Positions 38,427-48,945 of a stretch of DNA of 64,000 nt are shown here, piece by piece. Position numbers and translations under genes: made by a program. Under the pieces are notes generated by a model that made no database searches, had not been told where the DNA came from, and saw nothing but the letters and a program-made list of their open reading frames with translations. The stretch is from Endomicrobiales bacterium. GTDB lineage: Bacteria; Elusimicrobiota; Endomicrobiia; Endomicrobiales; CAWCFT01. Where the stretch lies: assembly GCA_963794945.1 (NCBI GenBank), contig CAWCFT010000001.1, forward strand, positions 256,001 to 320,000, in the 5' to 3' direction. Position 1 is the stretch's first letter. Each line of letters begins with the position of its first letter.

Positions 38427-39791
38427 TCAGAACAATCCGCCAAAGGCCGCGGATATTTTCCAATCCTTGTCATCTATGCTATAAGTGTAACCCAAGCCCA
38501 GCGGCAAAGGGAACCGCCAGAACTGAAAGTTAAGATTGAATCCCACGCCTTCTTTGGCACCTTCCCGGCTGCTAACCTGCGGGTTGTCGAAAAAACACTC
38601 GGAATATTCGCAGAAGACTTCGCCGTTAAGCTGGCCGTGACTGTTCCGAAGCAGCGACCTATGGTACGCGGTATTGGCAGTCACTATCTTGTCGCCGCGG
38701 AATTCTCTGGCGTAAACACCAAGCAGGCCTGCGCTGCGGTCGGTCACGAAAAGCTGGCTGTCCGGCAAATTTACCCCGTAACCGGCTTTCATCGAGACCG
38801 ACCACCTGCTGCGGTCCGTATAATTTATAACGCGGCTGCCCGAAAGCGATATTTTACTAAATTCAGAGTCCGAACCGAAGGCCTTGATGGACCCATCTAG
38901 CGAGGTTTGGCAGCCGTAATCAACTGTTGTACACAATAGCGGTTTGAAATTCTCCTGCAGGTCAGCCATGCCGAGGCCGAAAAGCCTGCCGATGATAGCA
39001 GCGACATCTCTGCCCGGCCCAAACTTTCCATATTGCAGGCCAATATGCAAAACATTTATTCTACCCGTATCGTTCGGTGTTGAAACTGTACCATTGCTAT
39101 ACTGAACATCGTTGAAACTAACGCCCAAATTGCCCTTGAACCTCTCGGATAGCTGCCTGCTTGCGGAGAACCGCAATGTGGTCTCATCCTGATCATAGGA
39201 GTTGACTATCTGTCCATAATTCGCTAGGGTACCGATATTCTTCTCGGTGATTATCTGCGAATTATATGCCCCATCCTGATACTGATACTGAGTAAATGTA
39301 TTTCTCTCCAAAGCAGCGCTGAAAGTTACTTTATTGAATTGAGTTGAGAGTGAATAGCGCGACAGCGAATCCTGGAAACTGGCAAAAGCCGAAATGCGTT
39401 CGCCTTTTTTTAAAGCGTTCTGTTCTAAAATAGCGCCGCCGAAATACCTTTCTCCTCCGTTGCTGCCGAACATCGGCACTGGTAGAAGATACCAGCCGTC
39501 TCGTGCGTCAATAATTATTTTAGTGCCGCCCGTAATTTCATCCTTTTGTTCAGATATATCAAGTTTCTTGAAGATCCCCAGAGAATAAAGATTGGCCCTG
39601 CTTTTCGCGATCTTTGCCTCGTCAACCGCATCGCCCTCATGAAAAGCCAGATTCATTCGGATAATTGATTCGTCTATCCTGTTGCCGGTTATCTCTATCT
39701 TTGTAATGATGTTCCCGGAAGGCGCGCTATCTGCGAACCCCGTCCCGGCCGAGAACATGAAAAACAAGATTATTAAAATAGATCTCAGCAT
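38427..39791 (-). CDS. Omp85/BamA-TamA-like outer-membrane protein with one POTRA domain
   Basis: Signal peptide; IEITGNRID..NLYSLGIF (POTRA); GAILEQNAL; GVYAREFRGD (VRGY-like loop); C-terminal Phe. Confidence 0.7.
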   Translation of the reverse strand: MLRSILIILFFMFSAGTGFADSAPSGNIITKIEITGNRIDESIIRMNLAFHEGDAVDEAKIAKSRANLYSLGIFKKLDISEQKDEITGGTKIIIDARDGWYLLPVPMFGSNGGERYFGGAILEQNALKKGERISAFASFQDSLSRYSLSTQFNKVTFSAALERNTFTQYQYQDGAYNSQIITEKNIGTLANYGQIVNSYDQDETTLRFSASRQLSERFKGNLGVSFNDVQYSNGTVSTPNDTGRINVLHIGLQYGKFGPGRDVAAIIGRLFGLGMADLQENFKPLLCTTVDYGCQTSLDGSIKAFGSDSEFSKISLSGSRVINYTDRSRWSVSMKAGYGVNLPDSQLFVTDRSAGLLGVYAREFRGDKIVTANTAYHRSLLRNSHGQLNGEVFCEYSECFFDNPQVSSREGAKEGVGFNLNFQFWRFPLPLGLGYTYSIDDKDWKISAAFGGLF

Positions 39792-39806
39792 TATTTCACT
39801 TTATTG

Positions 39807-40529
39807 CTATTTCAGCATGGCCCTAACTTTCAACTCTTTCGGCATTTTTTCTATAGCATAGCGAAGTGCGGTCCTAGGCATAACCGCTTTGTTCCTCATC
39901 ACGTATTTGAAAACTTCATTCTGGTGAGCCTGGCTCGCGGCCTTTAGCATCCACCCGTATCCCTTTTGCACCATATCGTCCTGGTCCAAAAGCAGAATAT
40001 CGGCTATCTCGAAAATATCTTTGAGGAACTTGCCGTGCCGTGCGGGTATTATTAGAGATACCGCGGAAGCCCGGCGCACCCAGCGGTTCTTTGACAGAGC
40101 CCATTTCTTCATCCCGGACAGGAATTGCGGATACATTTCGACGAAAGCTCCTACCGTGTGGTTGCATAACGTATCGCAAGAGGCCCAGTTACCTATATAT
40201 GTGTTGACCCACTTGCGAAAAATTTCGTAATCTGCTGGCTCATAATCTTTTCTTAACCGGTATGCCCATTCGCAAGCGACAAATGATTCTTCCATATAAC
40301 CAAACCGCCACAAATATTCACACAAGGCAAACACTTCACCCTTTCTTCTTTCTTTTAGCGACTTAAAACATTCGGTGGCTATCTTGTACACAACCGCGCT
40401 CTTTACTCCATAATGTTTTACTTTTTCCTTAAAAAAATGTTGCGCACTCTGCCTTGTTCTTTCGTCCGAACTATTTATTAACTGCAGGCGAACAGCCTTA
40501 ATAACTGGATCCATGTTTACGCTCCGCAC
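39807..40529 (-). CDS. DNA alkylation repair protein (AlkD-like)
   Basis: NWASCD, NRWVRRAS, DMVQKGYGWMLK, RTALRYAIEK. Confidence 0.9.
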   Translation of the reverse strand: MRSVNMDPVIKAVRLQLINSSDERTRQSAQHFFKEKVKHYGVKSAVVYKIATECFKSLKERRKGEVFALCEYLWRFGYMEESFVACEWAYRLRKDYEPADYEIFRKWVNTYIGNWASCDTLCNHTVGAFVEMYPQFLSGMKKWALSKNRWVRRASAVSLIIPARHGKFLKDIFEIADILLLDQDDMVQKGYGWMLKAASQAHQNEVFKYVMRNKAVMPRTALRYAIEKMPKELKVRAMLK

Positions 40530-40574
40530 ATATATTTTTAATCAGATCTACTTTCTTTGCAGCGATGCCAGAAC

Positions 40575-41213
40575 TTAATTGCACTCATATAGAACTATTT
40601 TGGCGCTGTTGCCGAAGTTTTTCCAATCATTGGAGCCGCCGCCAGCCTTAAACCCCAACAATTCCACATAATACTTATTTCCACAGATGAACTTCTTTTC
40701 CTCTTTAATAACTTTATCGAATGTCTGGATTTTGCCGTCACTGTATTTTACTTCGATTGACGCGTTTGGCGTGTCTCCGGAACAGATATTCGAGACCTTG
40801 ATATAGATCGGGTCGTCCGCGATCTTAAAATATTTATTCTCATTTATCCACAAAGGCACAAGAATAAGTTTTGGCTCTTTTATGAGGCCCTTCGATATAA
40901 TTATATTGCCTGGCGTATCCGCCCCAGTTGCTTCGCTGTTCTGTGTTTCATTTTTCGCTTTTGAGCGAGAACCGCGCGATTGAGATATCAAGCTTATACT
41001 AGAAAGCAGTTCTTTTATACCGGCATTATATTCATTCGGCAGCAAGTCTATTAATCGGGTTCCTATGTTTGAAGGTGTGCTGGGATCATTTACGGCAGTG
41101 TTACTGCCCTTGTACAAAAAACCTCGCAGCGAAAAAAACATCAGAACCTCTATCAATATTACAGCTATCGAGAACTTAAGTAAATTTTTTAACATAATAA
41201 ATACTCCAGCCAA
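40575..41213 (-). CDS. Hypothetical protein with an N-terminal membrane anchor
   Basis: 212-aa AT-rich ORF; no recognised motif. Confidence 0.6.
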   Translation of the reverse strand: MAGVFIMLKNLLKFSIAVILIEVLMFFSLRGFLYKGSNTAVNDPSTPSNIGTRLIDLLPNEYNAGIKELLSSISLISQSRGSRSKAKNETQNSEATGADTPGNIIISKGLIKEPKLILVPLWINENKYFKIADDPIYIKVSNICSGDTPNASIEVKYSDGKIQTFDKVIKEEKKFICGNKYYVELLGFKAGGGSNDWKNFGNSAKIVLYECN

Positions 41214-41244
41214 AGCTTATGCATTGAGTTCGATCCTTAAAAAC

Positions 41245-41272
41245 AAACCACCCCGAAAATTCGGCGTGGTTT
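41245..41272 (-). terminator. Intrinsic terminator
   Basis: Minus strand AAACCACGCCGAA-TT-TTCGGGGTGGTTT followed by GTTTTT. Confidence 0.55.
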
Positions 41273-41400
41273 ATATTAATGCCATATGACACGGAAAACC
41301 TTATTATTCCGAGTACTAAGGGCATATAGTGTTATTATGCGTCACAACATTCACTTTACGAACGTATGGCACTTGTTATCGCGTGAATATATTCGCGATT

Positions 41401-41973
41401 TCAGTGAGCGGACGAGCTGTTTTTCAGGTCGGCAGCAAGCTGTTTGACAAGTGAGGATACAAGATATTCAAAGGCAGTCTGGACATCGGCTGCATCGTTG
41501 GTATCGGAGCCTACCCAGAGGACTTCTCCAGTTTCAACGCTTATCATCCGCACGGTCACACCAACCTCAGCCGATATAAAGCGCGGGTAACCCGCATCAT
41601 AAAAATTCTGCTGGGGCACTACCATGGGTATAGAACCGGTCACTATAGCATCTATCCCCAGGAGCTTGAACTGCGTGATGGTTTCCGGGTCCATTAGGTT
41701 GGTGAGCTGAAGATTGTGCTCCCTTAGCAGCGTGTCCATCTGTTCGCGTTCGATGATATTGAAACCGGTCATAAGCAGGTATTTCGCGAACAGCTCAGAA
41801 ACTATCGATCCGGAGTTCGGATAATTTGGAGAATCTTTGAAATCAATTACCGCTATTCTTTTAATCTTTGAAAAATCATAGTTCTGCTTCATTACGATCG
41901 TAGCTGTACTGCCGCAAGAAGATAGCATAATTCCCAAGAACACGAACAGTAACGGAAGGGTTATCTTTTTCAT
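41401..41973 (-). CDS. CsgG/HfaB-like lipoprotein
   Basis: Lipobox LSSC; RIAVIDF, IIEREQMD, LGIDAIVTGSI, VETGEVLW. Confidence 0.75.
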   Translation of the reverse strand: MKKITLPLLFVFLGIMLSSCGSTATIVMKQNYDFSKIKRIAVIDFKDSPNYPNSGSIVSELFAKYLLMTGFNIIEREQMDTLLREHNLQLTNLMDPETITQFKLLGIDAIVTGSIPMVVPQQNFYDAGYPRFISAEVGVTVRMISVETGEVLWVGSDTNDAADVQTAFEYLVSSLVKQLAADLKNSSSAH

Positions 41974-42536
41974 TGCAGTCCCTCCTGGAGCATCTCAACA
42001 TGATTTTTTGCCCGTTTTATGCTCTCTTTTACTGTAATGCCAAGGCTCCAGTGCATATTGGAAGGCATAGTTTTTTTGCTGTCGGCATACTTTAAATAAT
42101 TTTGCCAGGCTTCTAGGGCTTTTACTTTCATATCTCTTCCTATTTCCGGCTTTGAAGTGCCGAGAGCTTTTTTTTCGTATATCATGCCCATAAAATAGTA
42201 TGTCGCCGGATTTTCTTTATTTAGTTCAATTGATTTTAAAAATCCGTCAAGCGCACTGCTGAAATGCTCGTTGCGGAAATACACAAGCCCCAGACAGAAA
42301 TAGGCTTGCGACATATCCTGTTTTGGATTCTGCTCTATTATACGTTTTATAGCAGCTACCGCTTCATCATGCTTATCATGTTTGTCCAAGTCCATAGCCT
42401 GTCTCAGGGTTAACAGCGGTTTATTCTGTTCAGCCCGTACTGGTACCGACATTAAACATGATATTAAAATCATTAAAGATACTCTGATCAAATAATTATT
42501 CATTTTTACTCCTTCTAGCCTTCTATGGTTAGACAA
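41970..42536 (-). CDS. Secreted TPR protein
   Basis: AYFCLGLVY and TYYFMGMIY TPR helices; signal peptide; start probably near 42503. Confidence 0.75.
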   Translation of the reverse strand: MSNHRRLEGVKMNNYLIRVSLMILISCLMSVPVRAEQNKPLLTLRQAMDLDKHDKHDEAVAAIKRIIEQNPKQDMSQAYFCLGLVYFRNEHFSSALDGFLKSIELNKENPATYYFMGMIYEKKALGTSKPEIGRDMKVKALEAWQNYLKYADSKKTMPSNMHWSLGITVKESIKRAKNHVEMLQEGLQ

Positions 42537-43059
42537 ATCGTGGCTGCCGTTAGTTTCATTATGCCAAAATTACCGTTTTAAATCAAACAAATGCCGCTGC
42601 ATAATAAACTTTTATTGCAATACAAAACCCATCGGGCAGTTTGAATTTCTGAAGATGTTTAAGGGCTTCGTTTTTAAAATGCCGTAACCTTCTTCACCTT
42701 TGACGGTAAATATATGCTCGAGCAGCGCGCGTGTACCGTGAGAATACTGCGCGGCCCACTATTCCTCTTCACGCGCGTAGAAAAAATCTTTCCTCTTTTC
42801 TGTTAAGGCATGACATCGCCCCAGTCTGTATCGCTCTTACCCTATCTTCGAAGCTTTTTTCGTATTTCGGCCGCAGGCCTTGCGATCTCCGTGTTTTTAT
42901 TGTATAAAATTTACTGCTGTTCGGGCAAGGGTGTTCAATTATCGCATAAAATTTGCTAGAATCATTCAACGCCTTGCTCGGCTTACTTGTTTTGAGGCTT
43001 GAGATAAGGCGCTTTTTTATTCGCTTAACAAAATAAATTTCTTATTCAAAGGATGTTAG

Positions 43060-44676
43060 ATGATCAGCACCGAGAATGTCACGCTCTCATATGGAACTAG
43101 GATACTATTCGAAGACGTTACTATAAAATTCGACCCCGGCAACTGCTACGGCCTTATAGGGGCTAACGGGTCCGGGAAATCAACTTTTCTCAAGATACTG
43201 TCGGGCGAGATAGAGCCGACACATGGCACTGTGTCTATAACTCCGGGTGAGCGCATAGCCATCTTAAAGCAGGACCACTTCGAGTTCGACGAGTTCCCTG
43301 TGCTGGAGACAGTGATAATGGGGCACAAGAAACTTTATTCGGTCATGAAAGAACGTGAGGCGCTCTACGCGAAACCCGACTTTAACAACGACGACGGCAT
43401 GAAGGTTTCAAGCCTGGAAGAAGAATTCAATTATTTGAACGGCTGGGAAGCCGAACCGGAGGCCGCGAAGCTGCTCAATGGGCTGGACATAAAGGAAAAG
43501 CTTCATGCCCGAAAGATGAAGGAACTCTCTGGCGGCGAGAAAGTACGCGTTCTGCTTGCTCAGGCTCTTTTCGGCAACCCCGACATACTGCTGATGGACG
43601 AACCGACAAACAACTTGGACGTCGAGACCATAAACTGGCTTGAAGATTTCCTCTACGAGTTCAAGAATACCGTAATCACGGTGTCACATGACCGCCATTT
43701 TCTCGATAAGGTATGCACGCACATAGCCGACATAGATTACAATACGATACAGCTCTATTCCGGAAATTTCAGTTTTTGGCGCGAATCGAGCGAACTTGCC
43801 CTGCAGCAGAAAAAGGATTACAACAAAAAAATGGAGTCTAAAATAGAAGAGCTTAAAGAATTTGTCGCGCGTTTCAGCGCCAACGCTTCAAAAGCCAAGC
43901 AGGCAACATCGCGCAAGAACCTTATCGACAAAATAACCCTTGAGGACCTTAAACCTTCCACCCGCCGTTATCCTCACGTGATTTTCAAACCGACCAGGGA
44001 AGCCGGAAATGAGCTGCTGACAATAGATTCACTTAGCATAATTCAAGGCAGCGAGACATTGTTCAAGGAATTTTCCTGTATAATCAAAAAAGGCGAGAAA
44101 GTGGCGTTCGTAGGGAAGAACCGTCTGGCGGTCACGGCGCTGTTTAACGTCCTTATGGGTGAAGATAAGACCTCGGGAGGCGAGTTCAAGTGGGGTTCGA
44201 CAACCACACAGGCGTATTTCCCCAAGGAGCATGCCAAATACTTCACAAACGACATCAACCTTATAGAATGGCTAAGACAATTCTCAAAGGAAAAGGACGA
44301 GAGTTTTATAAGGGGTTTTCTCGGGAAAATGCTATTCTCGGGCGACGACACACAGAAAAAAGCGACCGTGCTTTCCGGAGGAGAAAAGGTCAGGTGCATG
44401 CTGTCAAAAATGATGCTCTCCGGCGCGAACGTACTTCTGTTCGATGAGCCAACTAACCATCTCGACCTCGAGTCCATAACAGCGCTAAACAACGGGCTGA
44501 TAGATTTCAAGGGAACTGTGCTCTTTACTTCGCATGACCACCAATTCGTACTGACCATAGCGAACCGAATAATAGAGCTCACTCCGAATGGATGTATAGA
44601 TAAATTGATGAATTACGATGAATACCTGGCTGACGAGAGGGTCAAACAGCAACGGGCTGAGTTATACGGGGATTGA
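43060..44676 (+). CDS. ABC-F ATPase (YbiT/YkpA-like)
   Basis: Two ABC domains (GANGSGKST, LSGGEK twice, DEPTN) and no TM helices. Confidence 0.93.
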   Translation: MISTENVTLSYGTRILFEDVTIKFDPGNCYGLIGANGSGKSTFLKILSGEIEPTHGTVSITPGERIAILKQDHFEFDEFPVLETVIMGHKKLYSVMKEREALYAKPDFNNDDGMKVSSLEEEFNYLNGWEAEPEAAKLLNGLDIKEKLHARKMKELSGGEKVRVLLAQALFGNPDILLMDEPTNNLDVETINWLEDFLYEFKNTVITVSHDRHFLDKVCTHIADIDYNTIQLYSGNFSFWRESSELALQQKKDYNKKMESKIEELKEFVARFSANASKAKQATSRKNLIDKITLEDLKPSTRRYPHVIFKPTREAGNELLTIDSLSIIQGSETLFKEFSCIIKKGEKVAFVGKNRLAVTALFNVLMGEDKTSGGEFKWGSTTTQAYFPKEHAKYFTNDINLIEWLRQFSKEKDESFIRGFLGKMLFSGDDTQKKATVLSGGEKVRCMLSKMMLSGANVLLFDEPTNHLDLESITALNNGLIDFKGTVLFTSHDHQFVLTIANRIIELTPNGCIDKLMNYDEYLADERVKQQRAELYGD

Positions 44677-44685
44677 CTTCAAGTT

Positions 44686-44961
44686 TTAAATATATTTTTT
44701 AAGCTTCTTAGATCTTATAAACTCCAGCTTCTCACTTCTGTTCCAGCTTTTTATTTCCGCCTCGCGCTTAAGCGCCGAACTCATGGTTTTGCGGACTTCC
44801 CAATAAACAAGCTTCTCAACACCGAATGCCCTCGTATATTTAGCGCCCTTGCCCGTACTATGCTCAAGCAGCCGTCTCTTCAAGTCATTTGTGATTCCTG
44901 TATAGAGGCACCCGTTTCCGCACTTGAGTATATAAACTGACCATTTCGTTGTTTTACGCAT
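44686..44961 (-). CDS. GIY-YIG nuclease (UPF0213/YhbQ-like)
   Basis: VYILKC..LYTGITNDL..R..H..GKGAKYTR, ALKREAEIK. Confidence 0.9.
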   Translation of the reverse strand: MRKTTKWSVYILKCGNGCLYTGITNDLKRRLLEHSTGKGAKYTRAFGVEKLVYWEVRKTMSSALKREAEIKSWNRSEKLEFIRSKKLKKYI

Positions 44962-44984
44962 AGTTGTATCTAAATTATACAAAA

Positions 44985-45020
44985 ATAAAAACCGTCGATT
45001 AATAATCGGCGGTTTTATTT
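44985..45020. terminator. Intrinsic terminator downstream of the cold-shock gene
   Basis: AAAACCGTCGATTA / TAATCGGCGGTTTT. Confidence 0.65.
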
Positions 45021-45040
45021 TAATCTCAGAAAGGGGTTGG

Positions 45041-45244
45041 TTATACCTTCTTGATATTAGCTGCTTTTGGTCCTTTGTCGGACTGCTCGATGTCGAACTC
45101 GACAACGTCACCTTCCGCCAAAGTTTTAAATCCATCAGATGCTATTGCTGAAAAATGTGCGAACACATCTTTGCTGCCGTCATCGTTGGAAATAAAGCCA
45201 AAACCTTTTGCGTCATTGAACCATTTAACTTTACCACGTGCCAT
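45041..45244 (-). CDS. Cold-shock protein (CspA family)
   Basis: [32 protein letters not shown]. Confidence 0.96.
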   Translation of the reverse strand: MARGKVKWFNDAKGFGFISNDDGSKDVFAHFSAIASDGFKTLAEGDVVEFDIEQSDKGPKAANIKKV

Positions 45245-45393
45245 TACTAACTCACCTTCTTTTTTCTTATCCCGCTTTCGCGGGATGATTATTCCAAGCA
45301 TCGTAAAACGAGGCTTGCCCATCTAATATAGCATATATATAGCATTTTGTAACATTTATTTAAAATATTTTTCGGCCGGGGTATTAAACCCTC

Positions 45394-46200
45394 TCACGCA
45401 GCTTGTTTCGGTTCAGCATAAAGATAGTTATCTTTGATCGTCACCGCGTAGCCTACGCCTTCAAGCAGCGCCTTGACTTCATGTTCTGTATTATGCGTTT
45501 CCATAATTATGAACGGCCTGAACCTGAGCAAAGTGCCTTTAGCACCTTCGAGTATCTTAATCTCGGCTCCCTCAGTGTCTATCTTTATGAGGTCTACGGA
45601 TTTCAACCCGAGCTCTTCAACGACTTTATCCATTACAGCCGTTCTTACGGTGACGAACTCGCCCTTCTGGGCTACCATCGAGTGCCCGCCAGTTGAAAGC
45701 TCGTCTATATACAGCTTCATCTCGCCGCTCTCATTCCACAAACCCATATTTATAGCCTTGACGCCTGCCAATGAGTTTAATTCTATATTTCTGGTCAGCC
45801 TCTTGAAATTCACAGGGAAGGGCTCGAACGCAACCACCGAGGCCTTTTTCTCTAAGGCGGATTTCACGCTAAAAGACCCTATCTGAGCCCCAACATCCAG
45901 CACTACCGCTCCTTCTTTCAATGGGAACCACCCGTAGATGTCGTCCGCATAAATCTCCTTTATGTGAATGAAGATATCAAAATATGTGCACACCATACGC
46001 GCACCGTTCGGCAAACGCACCATAAGCTCTTTTTGGAATGCCCTCATTTTGTTGAGCCTGTCAATGGCTTTCGCATGGTCCCTGCCCAGAACGAGGTACA
46101 AAGTATAATAAGTGAAAAGATAGGCTAACCTGAGCAGAAGGTTCCCCTTAACTTTAAGCTGGAACGCAAAATGCCGCTTAACCGGTTCTGGTATAAACAT
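45394..46200 (-). CDS. FkbM family methyltransferase
   Basis: VLDVGAQIG, AFEP, LIKIDTEGAE. Confidence 0.9.
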   Translation of the reverse strand: MFIPEPVKRHFAFQLKVKGNLLLRLAYLFTYYTLYLVLGRDHAKAIDRLNKMRAFQKELMVRLPNGARMVCTYFDIFIHIKEIYADDIYGWFPLKEGAVVLDVGAQIGSFSVKSALEKKASVVAFEPFPVNFKRLTRNIELNSLAGVKAINMGLWNESGEMKLYIDELSTGGHSMVAQKGEFVTVRTAVMDKVVEELGLKSVDLIKIDTEGAEIKILEGAKGTLLRFRPFIIMETHNTEHEVKALLEGVGYAVTIKDNYLYAEPKQAA

Positions 46201-46241
46201 GATCTGATTTTCTCCTTGTTCCTTTTTTCTAAAGCACCCTG

Positions 46242-47243
46242 TCATTGGTTCTTTAATTTTTTGTTGAAGCCCTCGGCTGTCTTGAACAGGCCCGGTGTTA
46301 TGTACGCTCCCGCGGTCAGCGACGCCAGCCTTAATATGTGTTTAGCCTCTACGGCCATTGATTTCCTTTTAAGCAGTTCGCCTATCATTCTTCTGGCGCT
46401 TGTTCGGTCACCGCGGCGCAGGTATATTGCGCAAAGCGCCTGGTAAGCGTTGTAAGAATTATTGTCAATATAATCGGCCATGCCCGGTCCAACAGCAAGT
46501 ATGCGTTCCCTATTATTAGAAATAAAAACCGCCGCGTAATCGATGTACCCAATCCACAATTTTTCCTGGTGTGTCGCAGTTATGGATGACGCGTGCCTGC
46601 GCCAGAAACCCAGCGGCTTTTCGATGAACCCGAACCTGCCTTCAAACGCGAGGTTCATGTAGGTAGGGTAATCCACGAGGAACAGAGATGGTATCTGCTG
46701 GAATCCGCCTATATTCACCAGAGCGCTTTTTTTTACCATCACGCTCGGAGCAAACACCGGGTCTTCCCCCATTAAGAACGCCTTCAATGACATCCCTTTC
46801 GGGTCGTTTAGCCTTATTTCATCAGGGTAAGGGTTATTAATTTCGGACTCTGTGCCTTCAACAACCTCTATCATCCGCCCATGTACCAGGACCGCGTCCC
46901 GCGTGCTTTCAAAAGACCTTAGCTGTTCTTCCAGTCTTTGCTCCGGCCAGTAATCATCCCCTTCTATTACAGTAACAAAATCGCCCTGCGACATGGCGAG
47001 GGCCTGGTTATGTAATTCTCCAAGCCTGCCAGGCCCGTAGTTGGCCAAGTGATCTATAACGGTTATTCTCGGATCATTTCTGGCGTACGCCGCAATTATC
47101 TCTTTAGTGCGGTCAGTGGAAGCATCGTTGACTATTATCATCTCCCAGTTCCGAAAGCTCTGTTTCAGAACAGACTCGATGCATTGGGCGATATATTTTT
47201 CGTGATTATACGTTGGGGCGATGATCGAGACTTCCGGCTTCAT
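46242..47243 (-). CDS. Glycosyltransferase family 2
   Basis: VSIIAPTYN, VNDASTD, EGDD. Confidence 0.92.
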   Translation of the reverse strand: MKPEVSIIAPTYNHEKYIAQCIESVLKQSFRNWEMIIVNDASTDRTKEIIAAYARNDPRITVIDHLANYGPGRLGELHNQALAMSQGDFVTVIEGDDYWPEQRLEEQLRSFESTRDAVLVHGRMIEVVEGTESEINNPYPDEIRLNDPKGMSLKAFLMGEDPVFAPSVMVKKSALVNIGGFQQIPSLFLVDYPTYMNLAFEGRFGFIEKPLGFWRRHASSITATHQEKLWIGYIDYAAVFISNNRERILAVGPGMADYIDNNSYNAYQALCAIYLRRGDRTSARRMIGELLKRKSMAVEAKHILRLASLTAGAYITPGLFKTAEGFNKKLKNQ

Positions 47244-47260
47244 AATAATTGACTCCGCTG

Positions 47261-48823
47261 CTACTGGTGCATCTTATCGAATTCTTTGACTGCCTTTAAG
47301 CAGCTGGAAACTTCTTCTAGGCCCAGGATACCAGAGACCGCCATAAAAACCGCAGTCCCCGCGGCGAACCCGAGAATTATGCCGACGGCATTAAACACAA
47401 GCGCGTGTGCGGTAACATGGTGTATGTACCAGCCGTAAATCAATATCAGCGCGGCGCCGGCCGCTGCCGCTGCCGGCACTATCTTTAACAATCCGTTTAA
47501 AATATATTTCCATCCCAGAATGATGTTTCTTTTGTTGAGCAGCACGCTCAGTATAACACACGATACTGCCTGAACCAATGAAGTTGAAAGTGCTATACCA
47601 GCGGCTGGAGGCCTGATCAATCGTATAAAAAGAAAATTCAACACGATGTTTAAGATAATGCTAAATAACGCCACTTTCAAGAACGCCGCGGTATCACGCA
47701 TGGCGAGTATGGCCCGATACAATATTAGCGCCACCGTAAAGAATAATATCTGGAAGCTGTAGCAGACGAATATGTTTGAGGTAAGAAGGGTCGCTGTGTG
47801 GGTGAACGCGCCTCTTTCGAACAACAGCGATATTACGGGCTCGGCGAGTATTACCGCCATTACGGTCAACGGGATGAAAATGAACGCCGACATGCGTACG
47901 CTTTTAGATATCGATTCGCTCATCTCAACAAGCTTGTTCTCAGCGGCCTGCTTGGAAAAATAAGGGAATATGGCAATGGATATTGAGCCGGAGAATATTA
48001 TCAGCGGTACCTGAACAAGCTTATCCGCGTAACCGAGGGCCGCGAGGCTGCCTACTTCAAGAAAAGACGCCATCACCCGGTCAACGAGCATGTTGACCTG
48101 TGATGACAATACTGCAAGCAGAAGCATGGCGGCCCCTGCGAATATCTCTTTGAGAGCCGGCGAATTGCGTTCTAAAGAAGCGGCGTAACGGTAGCCTTTC
48201 GCGTAAGCAAATACAACCAGCGCCGCGAACTGGAACGCGACACCAGCGGCAAGGCCTGCAGCAAGAGAGTATACTCCAAGGCTCCTGGCAGTCAAAAGCA
48301 GAAAAGCCATGGTGGAGACAGTTACCGACACCTGAAGAAGCGCCGGCCATTTAAAACTCTCGTAACTATTTAGAAGCGCACTGAATATCCCTGCAAGACT
48401 GCTGAACACGACTGTTACGGAAACAGCACGAAGTATGTTAGATGCCAGGTGAGCTGTCTCCGGAGAGAACCCATGGAAACACAGGCGTATTAAAAGTGGT
48501 GCAAAAATGAAGAAGAATGCTGAGATGGCTGACGTTAAAAGAAGCACATAGTTGACCACGATCGACACGGTCATGAGCGAAGTGGCCTGTTCTTGCTCCC
48601 TGTATTTGACGAAGACGGGGATGAAAGCTGCTATAAAAGTTGATATTAATATGTTGGTCAACAGGTTTGGCAGGGTTATCGCGGCGTAGTAGGCGTCCAT
48701 CTGCCTGCTGACGCCGAAATATGAAGCAACAAGCATCTCTTTTAAGAGGCTAAGCGAGTGTCCAAAAATGCTGATCGTTATAAGTACGATAGAAGCGCGT
48801 GCAATCTTACGGTTTACGCTCAC
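47261..48823 (-). CDS. murJ: MurJ/MviN-type lipid-linked precursor flippase
   Basis: YFGVS..DAYYAA, FIPVF, VDR..AS, YADKLVQVP, LFERGAF. Confidence 0.85.
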   Translation of the reverse strand: MSVNRKIARASIVLITISIFGHSLSLLKEMLVASYFGVSRQMDAYYAAITLPNLLTNILISTFIAAFIPVFVKYREQEQATSLMTVSIVVNYVLLLTSAISAFFFIFAPLLIRLCFHGFSPETAHLASNILRAVSVTVVFSSLAGIFSALLNSYESFKWPALLQVSVTVSTMAFLLLTARSLGVYSLAAGLAAGVAFQFAALVVFAYAKGYRYAASLERNSPALKEIFAGAAMLLLAVLSSQVNMLVDRVMASFLEVGSLAALGYADKLVQVPLIIFSGSISIAIFPYFSKQAAENKLVEMSESISKSVRMSAFIFIPLTVMAVILAEPVISLLFERGAFTHTATLLTSNIFVCYSFQILFFTVALILYRAILAMRDTAAFLKVALFSIILNIVLNFLFIRLIRPPAAGIALSTSLVQAVSCVILSVLLNKRNIILGWKYILNGLLKIVPAAAAAGAALILIYGWYIHHVTAHALVFNAVGIILGFAAGTAVFMAVSGILGLEEVSSCLKAVKEFDKMHQ

Positions 48824-48945
48824 TTGCCTGCCTCGTTGCTGTCTCTGTCATGGTCTTATAGAAGGGTGTCACGGAAAATTGCAGTCTGTGAATCAATTGA
48901 TTTTACTAAATAAATCAATGCTTTTCAACGAGACAGGGTGCGTTC

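Noticed and set aside
38434..38455. TCCGCCAAAGGC resembling the GC palindrome at 6187
   Set aside because: It encodes the final barrel strand (SAAFGGLF) and lacks the second half of the palindrome, so it is likely coincidental.
44686..45135. 149-aa GIY-YIG and 93-aa Csp ORFs as called in the track
   Set aside because: The N-terminal extensions overlap the csp gene, the terminator or the RBS. The true starts are probably 44961 and 45244.
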